Positions 11,220 through 22,600 of a stretch of 64,000 nt of DNA are shown here, one piece after another. The position numbers were made by a program, and so were the translations under genes. Location of the stretch: NCBI GenBank assembly GCA_043228905.1, contig JBHGNT010000009.1:11780001-11844000 (forward strand), given 5' to 3'. This DNA is from Azolla caroliniana. Its lineage: Eukaryota > Plantae > Polypodiophyta. The notes beneath the pieces were generated by a model. That model had not been told where the DNA came from. It was given only the letters and a program-made list of their open reading frames with translations, and made no database searches. How positions within the stretch are numbered: the first letter of the stretch is position 1; every line of letters starts with the position of its first letter.

Positions 11220-11399
11220 CCTCCCTCTCACTCACTCTTTCCTTCTCTCGAGAGTTCCTCACCTCTCTTAGTACTAATACTTCTTTTAGTACTAATTCCT
11301 TCTCTGTCTTAGTACTGTTCTTGACAGTTTGAACCGATTTTCCTACCTTCTGTCTCTCTCATTTCCTACTAATCTATTATTCCTCTTTTCTTTCATCCC

Positions 11400-12551
11400 A
11401 TGGCCACTATTAGCGCTGAAGAATATCAATCTGTTTTCTCGGAATTTCAATGCTTGAAAGAGAAGTTCCATGCTTTGGAACAAGAAAACCAACGGTTGCT
11501 GGGGGATCTTCAGCAAATCTCCTTAGAAAAGCAGCAAACGCAACAACAACATGGGGAACTTGCGTTACGCGTGCAACAACTCGAAGCAACCATCGTAGCG
11601 ATGCAACAACAAGGGCCCGGAACACAAGGGATTCACAAAGAACCCAAGATTGGGCTTCCCACGAAGTTCGATGGAACGCGATCGCAGTTTAGAGGGTTCC
11701 TTAACCAGATACGATTAGTTATTCAAATGCATCCTTCCCGGTATCCCACCGATGCATCACGAGTGGGTTTTGTAGGCACTTTGTTAAGTGGCTCAGCGTT
11801 GGCATGGTTCGCTTCACTATTAGAAAAGGAATCCCCGTTACGCAACAATTTTGAAGAGTTTCTAGGTGAGTTTAAAGCATGTTTCGGAGATACTGACAGC
11901 ATCAAGACCGCAATCAACAAAATTCGGCGATTACGCCAAGGTGACCGTCCAGCCTCCGCATATGCTACAGATTTTCGCCTACTCGCTACTGATATCTCTT
12001 GGGATGATCAAGCGTTGATGGAGCAATTCCGTTATGGTTTACGCAACGACGTCAAGGATTTACTCTTGACCTTCCCCAAAGAGCCAAAGTCCTTAACAGA
12101 AGCAATCAGTCGCGCGGTGAGATGTGACAACCGCCTCTTTGAGCGACGTTCGAAACGACAACTACAGATGCCGAGGGCAAGATCAGAGCCCACCTACGCC
12201 TCAGTGGTAGCAAGAACTTTTCTGAGGGAGTCATATAATGCGCCTCCAGCGAGTACTTCGACTCCGATGGAGATTGACACTACACATCGTCGAGGGCCAT
12301 TATCCGAAGAAGAAAAGTAGCGACGCCGTACAAATTGACTATGTCTTTACTGCGGTGGACCAGGACATATTGCAATAAATTTCCCCCATAGGCCAAGAAG
12401 ATAGGTAAACCAAATAGTCGCTAGTTCTAATTGTACTAAACCCGAGCCTATTTCAGTAGGGATATCTGATAGTCCTAATAGTACTAATAGCCCAGATCTA
12501 GCAAACAGATTTGATGTCCTTAGTCAGTTAGAAGAAGAGTTAAACGACTAA
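11400..12551 (+). pseudogene. Chromovirus T gag (premature stop at 12318, degenerate CCHC knuckle downstream)
   Basis: ORF 11400-12320 has retrotransposon gag motifs (PTKFDG, LRQGDRPASAYATDF, PMEID), followed by CLYCGGPGHIAIN. Confidence 0.9.
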
Positions 12552-15500
12552 GTCCAGCCAAAATAGGAGCCATTTGGTTGGACAGCCCTAGATCTGTGCA
12601 GCCCATTAGTGGTTCCATTCCCTCTAAGCAAGTTAGTGATGTGTTCGTAGCCCAAGTAATAGTTAGTACTAAAAGTACCCCTCCAATACATGTCCTAGCA
12701 CTCCTAGATTCCGGAGCTAACTCTTGCTTTATGGATAAGAAATTTGCTCAAGCTCATAAGATATCCCTAAGAAAACTCCAGTGTCCAGCCTCTGTAGTAG
12801 TCATTGATGGACGTCCCATTGCTTCCGGAAATATCATAGAAGAGTCAGAGCCCATTAATATTGTCCTAGATAACTTAGCATGTGTAGTATCATTTAATAT
12901 TATTAGTATCCCAGAACATCCCATAGTTTTAGGATTACCGTGGTTCGAGTTACATAACCCAGACATAGATTGGAGAACAAGAGAAATCCGGTGTCGACAA
13001 ACCCAAGGGTCAACTCAGAAGATGGCAACCATTTCGATACGTCAGTTGCGTAAAGACGGGCACAAGGAGGAAATGTTCCTCTTTGCAATATCAGTAAACC
13101 CCTCCAGCACCACTAAAGAAGGATCCACCGTTCAACTTCCCGAGAAGTATCGTCATTACGCCGATGTGTTCAATAAAGTACAAGCCAACACACTTCCTCA
13201 TCATCGACCGTACGATTGCCCCATCGATTTACAACCGGGAAAAGAGCTGCCATGGGGACCGATCTACAATTTGTCACCAACCGAGCTAGAAGTCCTTCGG
13301 GCCTATATAGAGGAGAATTTCGAAAATGGTTTCATCCGGCATTCGAAATCTCCAGCCGGCGCGCCCATTTTCTTCGTCAAGAAAAAGGATGGATCGCTTC
13401 GTCTTGTTGTAGATTACCGTGGCCTGAATAAGGTTACAATCAGGAATAGGTATGCTCTTCCCCTTATCTCAAGTCTTTTAGAACGGATCAATGGTGCCAG
13501 GTTCTTCACGAAGATCGACTTACGGGGGGAGCATATAACCTTGTATGGATCCGACCAGGAGACGAATGGAAGACCGCGTTTCGCACCAGATATGGGCACT
13601 TCGAGTATACGGTCATGCCGTTCGGCCTCACTAATGCACCGACAGTCTTCCAACACATGGCTAATGATATATTCCGAGATCTATTGGATGATTGTTTGAT
13701 CATCTATTTGGATGATCTACTGGTTTATTCAAAGACCCAAGAAGAACATGATTCTCATGTACTATTAGTACTAAAACGACTTCGAGAACATGGTCTGTAT
13801 GCAAAGCTGGAAAAATGTAGTTTCGGGTGCAACCAAGTGGAATTTCTTGGCTACATCATTTCGTTAGAAGGCATCTCCATGGACCCAGCTGAGGTCAAAA
13901 CGGTGGTAGAATGGCAGACTCCACGTTCGGTGCGGGATGTGCAATGCTTCCTAGGCTTTGCCAATTTTTACCGGAAGTTCATACAAGATTACTCAAAGAT
14001 CGTTCTACCTCTCACACAACTTACTAGGAAGGGACAACCGTTCATTTGGTCTGAAGGAATGGACGTGGCTTTCGAGAGTCTTAAAAAGGCATTTACATCG
14101 GCTCCAATTCTAGCTCATGTCGATCCGGAAAAAACCATTTATAATCGAAGCCGACGCATCGGATTTTTCATTGGGGAGCATTCTGTCACAACAGGGGAAT
14201 GATGAGAAGCTACATCCTGTGGCTTTTCACTCACGCAAGTTTGACGCCGCCGAAATCAACTACGAAGTTCATGATAAGGAGCTATTGGCAATAGTGGATT
14301 CTTTTATGCAATGGAGGCATTTTCTGGAGGGATCCTCTCATTCGGTCACCGTATTTAGTGACCACAAGAACCTTGCCTACTTTCAGGATGCTCGTGTGTT
14401 GAATCGACGTCAAGCTCGGTGGGCCCACTTCCTCACGCGTTTCGACTTCAAAATTACATATCGTCCGGGGAAGCACCAAGGGAAGGCTGATGCATTATCA
14501 CGGCGTTCGTACCTAGCACCCCGTCCCGGTGAGCCAGCTTTCGATAACCAAAAACAAGTCATCTTGGGACCGGCACGACTACAAGCAACAAAGATCTTTT
14601 ACATGCCCATGGATTCCCGCGTTATCGATACCATACGCGAAGACTTGAAGACAGATGAGTTCGCCCAAGCTATACTAGCACAAATTGATCCCTCTCGAGC
14701 GTCGTGTTCACAGTCGCAACCACCAGGTACGGACTATCGGCAATTCAAATACCATGATGGATTACTCTTCTTTAAAGAATTTTTGTATGTTCCTAATGGT
14801 TCTTGCCGCCTTCAAGTAGTACAAAACTGTCATGACACATATATAGCTGGGCATTTTGGTAGTACTAAAACACTACATTTAGTACAACGATCATTCTGGT
14901 GGCCCTGTATGCGACAATTTGTCGAGGATTTTGTTCGGACTTGTGATACATGCTGCAGAGCGAAAATGCCAAGGCATCATCCATATGGTTTATTAGAACC
15001 ATTACCAATTCCAAGCAAGCCGTGGCAATCCATTTCTCTAGACTTCATCACAGATCTTCCAGTCTCTAAGGGGTTCAATGCGATTCTAATGGTGGTCGAT
15101 CGATATACGAAGATGGCTCATTTCTTGCCATGTACTAAGGAGATCTCCAGTGAAGACACTGCCGAAATTGTCATGCGTGAAGTATTTCGGCATCATGGAC
15201 TTCCCGATAGTATCATCAGCGACTGTGGACCCTAGTTCATGTCAAAATTCTGGAAGCACCTTTTTAACATGCTCAATGTCACTTGTAACCTCTCCTCCGG
15301 CTACCACCCACAAACCGATGGCCAACCAGAACGAACCAATCAAACGCTGGAGCAGTATCTGCGGTGCTTTCTCAGCTATCATCAGGATGACTGGGCAGAT
15401 ATTCTCCACTTCGCCAAATTTGCCTATAACAACTCTATCCACGCATCCACGAAAGTTACGTCATTTTATGCTTATACGGGATGTCACCCCCAGTGGTGTG

Positions 15501-16138
15501 TACTTGAAACCCCAGAGGTGTCCACAAATCCTTGCGCAGAGGATCGTTTGGAGAGGTTACGCAAGATACAAGCGGATTTATCTACTCATCTCCAACAAGC
15601 TCAACAAACACACAAGGTTTATGTGGATCGTCATCGACTCCCATCTAGTTTTAACATTGGAGATAGGGTATGGCTACTCCGACGACACATCAAGACTACT
15701 CGCCCATGCGAGAAGTTGGATTATCGGCGATTAGGTCCTTTCCGTATTATCGGGAAGATTAATGATGTCGCTTTTTGTCTTGATCTACCTCCACAACTTC
15801 GGATACATCCGGTGTTTCATAGTTCTCTCCTCGAACCCTATCAAGAAAGCACTATCCCAGGACGTATTACACAGCCTCCACCCCCGATCGAGCTTGAAGA
15901 TGGACCTGAGTACGAGGTTGCCGCCATCCTTGATTCCAAGCTTGTTCGCAACAAGCTCTACTATCTAGTCGACTGGCTAGGATATAGTCCCAACGAGCGT
16001 ACTTGGGAACCGATAGAGAATGTCACCAATGCTCGTGCTCTTCTTGAAGACTTCCATCGTCAATATCCAGACAAACCGGGTCCTCAATCCAAAACGACTC
16101 GTTACACTCGTCGTTTTAAAGGGGGGATAGTGTCATGA
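12545..16138 (+). pseudogene. Chromovirus T pol (PR-RT-RH-INT-chromodomain), two frameshifts and one stop
   Basis: ORFs 12578-13699, 13615-14202, 14117-15235, 15239-16138. Chromodomain YEVAAILDSK...YLVDWLGY...TWEP. Confidence 0.95.
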
Positions 16139-16958
16139 TATGGCAAGACTCGAACCCATGACCTTATACTACATGGGTCGAGCTCTCAACCATTAGACTA
16201 TACATTGTAATACATAGAATTTTTTATCTATGTTTTATTATAGAAAATTGATGTATATTCCAGATTTCTCAGGAACATTCTAGAAACTTCAGGAGTATTC
16301 CTTAGAACACTATAAAAGGAGGCACAAGGCATTATTTCGAACCAAATCAGTTCAACGCCAGTCTTAAGCCTCCTAGCTACTGTACATTTTCTTCACATAA
16401 TATATATCTTTTCTTATCATCACTCTCTCTCTCTCTCTCTCTCTCTTGATCTCTCTCTCCCTCCCTGTCACTCACTCTTTCCTTCTCTCAAGAGTTCTTC
16501 ACCTCTCTTAGTACTAATACTTCTTTTAGTACTAATTCCTTCTCTGTCTTAGTACTGTTCCTGACAGAAAGGGTGTGTCGAGAATCAAGCTCAACATAAC
16601 ACAACGTGTGAACACACCTTTTGAGAATCCATGATTACTCAAAGGTCAAGAGTCACACCACTACTCTCTACACATTAACTATGTGCCATAGAATCATATT
16701 CTATGACAGATAACTAATGAGTTACATATTCCCCATGACTATGAGTTTTCCCATTCCCCAAGAGAGAGTAGTTCTTGTAGTTAGCTAATGAAGAGAGAGG
16801 GTGACTATATATAAAGCACCCTTCTCCTACTTCATATTAAGTCGGTTATGACTCCTTGTTATGCTACATTTTGTAATTCTTATTCTACTTGTGAAATATA
16901 CACCTTCTTCTCGAGTATTCCTTTTTCTATCTATCTTGTGTTCTCTCATCTCTTTACA

Positions 16959-19419
16959 ACATCAAGTGCTCACATTTCATCCTGCATGGCTAATCGCCAG
17001 TTGGCTTCCTGTGATGCCTCCGCATAGATGTCCGGCTTGCAGACTTCTACCACTTTCATCATGTTGCATAATGATGCACAATATATTCATTGTAACCATA
17101 CCGGATCACTAGGTTCTTGTGGCGAGTTGATCAATGTAACTTCTCATTCATCGATTTCAAGGCCCTCTTGGCCATATTTGACCTCAACTCTTGAGGCTCC
17201 TTTTTCACTCTGGTGGGTGTCGGATTCTCCCTGATATGATGCACCTCTGTCTATGTCTTACTTTGACATCTTCATCTTCCCCTTCTTTTTGCGCATATAC
17301 CGTCTCCTCGGTTCCTTGTGCGGGTAGTGCACGACCGAGTCTTCACTGCCTGCCGACTCTTCATTTGGCTAGTCATTCTGACTCAACTCTTCATTTGGGT
17401 CACTTAGCCGGAATGAAATCGGACTCTCTTCTAGAGTGTCGATATCTTCTTCTTCTTCTTCTTCTTCTTCCCGAATCATCTTGGCCTCACTGGCCTCATC
17501 CTCAGTAATCAGTATGGAGTCCTAGGGAGTTGGAGACGGAAGAGAATACCAAAACTTTGATTCGTCGAAAATGACATCGCGGTTGACTTATACTTGCTTC
17601 ATTCGGGTGTTATAGCATTTGTAACCCTTCTGTTCATGCGAGTAGCTGACCAATACACACTTTTTTGACTTGGTGTCCAACTTCTTCCAGTTCTCATCTA
17701 GCACATGCACATATGCAATACTACCGAACACTCTCGGTTCCTTCTTTCGGCGACGCCGTTCTGCTCTAGCGTATATCTATAGCTAAATTCATGCTAAATT
17801 CCCATTTGTTGCAGATAACAGTTGAATTGGCCAGAAATGTATTCTTTTCCACCATCCGACCGCATACACTTGATCTTCCTCTCGGTTTCCCTTTCCACTA
17901 ATTTTTTTACGTTTCGGAAATAGTCGAAGACGTCACTCTTTTTCTCTATGAGGTGGATCCATGTGTGTTGGCTATAGTCATCGATGAAGGAGATGAAATA
18001 TCAACTCCCGCCTAGGCTCACATTCTGTGCCGGTCCCCATACATCTGAATGTATTAAGTCGAGCTAATTTCAACTTTGGTTTTGCTCGTTGGGAAAAGGA
18101 AGCTGGTATTGCTTCCCTAGCTGGCAGGCTTCATAAATTTGGGCCTTCCGGCCACCGAACTTTGGCAAACCGAACACAAATTGTTTCATTTGCAACTCTT
18201 GAAGCTGTTGGAAGTTGACATGGCCAATCCTCTTATGCCACAAGTTGATATTGGATTCTATTTTTTGTCCCTTGGCGAACATTGCGGTGTTGATGTCGTT
18301 TGTGTTGAGGACGAACATCCTCCCTTCTCGTCACCCTTGCGCAATGATTTTCCCTTCTTCTTCGATGAAGCACCCGAGATGGATGAAGTGGACTTGCATT
18401 CCTTGGTCCATGATTTGTCCAACAGACACCAGATTCTTGGTGATCGTTGGGACATGCAGGACATTCATTAATCTCCCTTTTTGGCCGACATGGCTTAATG
18501 GGACATCTCCGATGTGCTCGATGGGATGTGAGGTGTTATCATCGGTTTCGACGACACTCGATTGTTCCAGCTTCCCCAAATGTGAGAACCACTCTTCTTG
18601 TCTTGTCATGTGATTCGACACTCCGGAATTGATGTACCACACCTCGTTCGGCATCGAGGTGCTTATCTTCATTGAATTTGCTTTGTGCTTCATCACAAAG
18701 GTTGGGCCCGTTCCGGCTTGGTTTGAACCTTCAACGAAGTGCGATCACTACCGATTTCCCTGTTCAGCTTTGCGTGATCCGGATTTGTTTGAGTCAGCCT
18801 TCTTCTTCCAGCAATCACTTTCTTTGTGGCCTTTCCGGCCATAATACCAACATTCTATCGCGGCCTTCGCCTTCCGGTTTTTGGCACCGCCTTGACTCCC
18901 CCTACTCGTGGAGGGTCCGGAACCGCTGTCAACGTGTTGATTATGCTTCTGATTCTACTCTTGTCGGTCACCACCATTGCATGCTGATTCACCATGTTCA
19001 CCACAACCACGGGGCTTATCCGCCCCCGTGTACAACATCCGACTGTCAAATTGTGTGCTCCTTGACACACCTGCGTGGTTTTCTTCGACCATAAGCATCG
19101 ATTGTAGGTAAAAAAATGACGGTGGTTTTTCCTTCTTCTTTTTTCCTAAAAAGATACGCCAAGTGGTATTTTGAAATCATAAGAAATACAAAAGTTGTGT
19201 TGGATAAACAAATATACCAACCAATTCCCTTATACTCTCATTATAGCCAATTTAGTGTGTATATACAATAACGACACATAGTTTTTTGTACAATATGATT
19301 CTCCCTTGTGTAGATAACTGTCCAGATCGGCTCGTACCTTTGAGCCAGACCACTGACGAAAATTTGTACCATTTCTTCCTCATCCACTATCACATTGATG
19401 GACCCCAAGGTGTCACAGA
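16959..19419 (-). mobile_element. Old Copia element F fragment (gag-PR-INT-linker), outermost host of the nest
   Basis: Minus ORFs 18331-18696 (WYINSGVSNHM) and 18070-18318 (LWHKRIGH). Gag remnant SINVIVDEEEMVQ at about 19360-19418. Cut by B on the left and H on the right. Confidence 0.85.
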
Positions 19420-19648
19420 TGTTGGAATAAAAGGCCGACTCCTTCCACTTTGTATCCTAGTGTGAACACGTCGTCTAGCTAGGGCTTGAGTATATAAGCT
19501 CAACCCTAACATTGTAAAGAGATCTCGGAGTGTAAGAGTCATAGAGAGAAAGGAGAATAAGAACTTTCATTGAAGCTCAAATCTAAGTCTTTATTGTTTT
19601 TTCTATTTCTTCTCTTGTCATGCATCTGTGTTGTTTGTTGTGCATAGC

Positions 19649-22600
19649 TGTAAACGATTACTTGCGGAAGCGTTAGAAAAACAGAGAAATTAGGGAATAC
19701 ACAGAGTATCCAGGAGAGACAGAGAGAGCAGAACGTAAAAGCTATATTCAAAAATATATAAAACACTCTGTCATTTACAATTGTGCTCAGTAGCACCATT
19801 TATACAAGTCTTCATGGGATTGATAGAAGTACCGTGTACGTCAATGCTCACATGAGCTTCTGACACTTACTACGAGACTATAATTGCCTAGTAGTCTAAA
19901 CTAATACTAGGCTTCTAGTCACCGATTGGACCCGGCTAACCGGCTCCCCAGCTCACCGGCTCTGTTGCTTGCTGGCTTACCGATCTGTTTCGCTTGCCGG
20001 CTCAGGCTTATTCAGCCGATCTGGCTCCAGTTGAGCTTGCCGCTTCAACACTCCCCCTCAACCTCAACTTGAGGTTGGATCCTAGTGTCAGGCTCTGTGG
20101 TAGTCGGTTCTTCCAACCGACATCTCCTGGCGTCACTCCGCCTTGCTCGCGCTCCTCGTCCGGTCCGGTTCTGTTTGCCGCAACCCCTCTTGTTCTGCGC
20201 GCCTCGACCTTCCTGATCGGTATGTCTACTCAATAGGCCCCTCTCAGCGCCTTCGCTGCTATGACTCTGACGCTTATCGATCCGTCAGTTCCTCCACGAT
20301 GGCATTGACTTCCGCTGCATCTGTGTCTGCTTGGCCTTGAATTGATCCGGTTCTTCCGAATCTGTCTTTTGACCCAAATCGACTGTCTCCGATTCGTTCC
20401 AGCTCTTGTCCGAATCGGTTGCTCCTGATTCGTCTTCTAGTTCTAAGCCCTTCACCACATCGGACCATGTCCAGGTCTTGGCCTTCTTCCTTCAGTCGGC
20501 TCTGTCCTTCTTGACTCTGTCGTGTTCTGTTCTTCCCTCACCGACGCAATCAACAGTCTCTTTGCCTTTGCCCGTTCCGGTGTCTTTGCCCATTCTCCCC
20601 CTCAAGTGTGGCACGTCGAGATGCTGAACACCAAGCATTTTGGTGAAGTGCTGCAACTTGTCCGATCTGAGCGGCTTGGTGAAGATGTCGGCTACTTGCC
20701 GATCCATGTGAACATACCGTAGTTCAACTTCACCGCTCAGGACCCGCTCACGCACAAAGTGATAATGCACTTCTAAGTGCTTTGTGCGAGTATGGAACAC
20801 AGGGTTCTTGGCGAGTTGCATGTTGCTTATGTTGTCGCAATATGCCAGAATCGGGGTCGGTACCTCGATTCGTAAGTCTTGCACCAGTTGACGAAGCCAG
20901 ATGGCTTCACAGGTGGCAATGGTAGCGCCCCGATACTCAGACTCAGTGCTCGACAGAGCAACTGTTGGCTGCTTTTTGCTGCTCAACGCAACAGCCGCGC
21001 TACCTAGGGAAAACATGTAACCAGAGGTTGATCGGCGATATGATGCATTGTCGGCCAAGTCGGCATCCGCGTAACCGACGAGCTCTTCGAGTATACCGTG
21101 CCGGTATAACAAGCCCCGGTCCTTCGTGCTGCTGACAGACCGGAATATCCTTTGCGCGCACTGAAGGTGCTCCACGGTCGGCTTCTGCATGAACTGACTT
21201 ATCATTCCGACCGGATAGCTGATGTCGGGTCGTGTGATAGTCAAGTAAATAAGGCTTCCGACAATTTGTCGGAACCGTTTCTCGTTGCAGGCTGGTCCGG
21301 TGTTGGGATGGAGCCTCTGGTTCCAGTCCAAGGGTGTGGAGAGAGGTCGGCATTCTCTCATGCCGAACTTGTACAACATATTCAAGACGTAATGTCGTTC
21401 TGAGAGTAATATGCCGTCGGGGGTTCGGATCACCTCGATCCCAAGAAAATAATGAAGGTCCCCCAGATCCTTCATCTCAATGCGTCTGACAACTGGGACT
21501 TGACGCGGTTGATTTTTGGAACTCCTGGTTCGGTGATGACTAGATCATCAACATACAACAGTATACATACCGGACTGGCTGAGCCTTGCCGGATGAACAA
21601 TGAAGAGTCCGATTTGGAGGCTACAAACCTCATCTTACGCAACCGGTGTGTGATCTTCGCATTCCAAGCTCGAGGGGCTTGCTTCAGGCCGTACAACGAC
21701 TTGTTCGTCTCCGATTCAAAGCCGGGGGGCTGAGTCATAAAGACTTCTTCTTCAAGATCACCCTTAAGAAACACATTCTTCACATCCATCTGGTGAAGAT
21801 GCCACCCCCTTGCTGTAGCAACCGCCAGCACCACATGAACCGTCATCATCTTCGCTAGCGGAGCGAAGGTCTCGTCGTAGTCGATTCCGTGGGTATGCGC
21901 ATATCCCTTCGCCATTAACCGGGCTTTATACTAGTTAACAGAACCATCAGCGTTGTACTTTACCTTGTATATCCACTTGCATGCGATCGGTTTACAGTGA
22001 CGAGGAGGGTCAACCAGGTCCCATGTCTTGTTGACATCAAGTGCCCGCATTTCTTCTTCCATAGCGGCATGCCAATTTGCGTCCTTGGCCGCTTCTGCGT
22101 AGCTCTCCGGCTCACGCACTTCCGCCACCTTAGTCATCTACGCATAGTGATGCGCCATGTACTCATTGTACCCATACCACTTGACGGGATCCTTCTGGCG
22201 GGTGGATCGATGTAACTCACTATTACCTGGTTTGAGGCCCTTCTTGGCCGGTTCGGTCTTCGTTGCCGAAGATCCGTCTTTCTCCTTGCCGGAGTCTGAC
22301 GCACACCAATCCGACTCATCGTTGCCAGTTTCGAATTCCGGCATCTTCTTCTTCCCCTTCTCTTTGCACATGAACCGTCTCCTCGGTTCCTTGCGCGAGG
22401 AGTGCACGACGGAGTCTCCACTACTCGCCGGTTCCTCATCGGACTAGTCAAATTGACTCAGTCTCTCTTTCGGCCCGGTCAACCGGAATGATTCCGGACT
22501 CTCATCTTGAGTCCACGCTTCATCATCCTCTACTTGGGCCGGTTTAGGCTCACTACCCTCATCCACCAACACCGGGTCGGATTTGGAAGTCAGAGCCGGT

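Larger units (their letters stand above)
10893..16566 (+). mobile_element. Full-length Gypsy chromovirus T (Tcn1-like); LTRs 10893-11326 and 16131-16566; TSD GAAAG
   Basis: TG...CA LTRs. TSD at 10888-10892 and 16567-16571. PPT AAAGGGGGGATAG at 16118-16130. Order PR (LLDSGA), RT (YLDD), RH, INT, chromodomain. Confidence 0.96.
1641..16958 (+). mobile_element. Copia element B, decayed, with four nested insertions; 5' LTR remnant 1641-1996, 3' LTR 16576-16958
   Basis: The two LTR copies match (CTCTCTACACATTAACTATGTG...). PBS-like TGGTACTAGAGC at 1997-2008. Domain order gag, PR (WFIDSGASNHM), GAG-pre-INT (LWHKRIGH), INT, RT (YVDD), RH. Confidence 0.92.

Noticed and set aside
11093-11332. Short Ser/Leu-rich ORF
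   Set aside because: Translation of the (CT)n microsatellite in the T LTR
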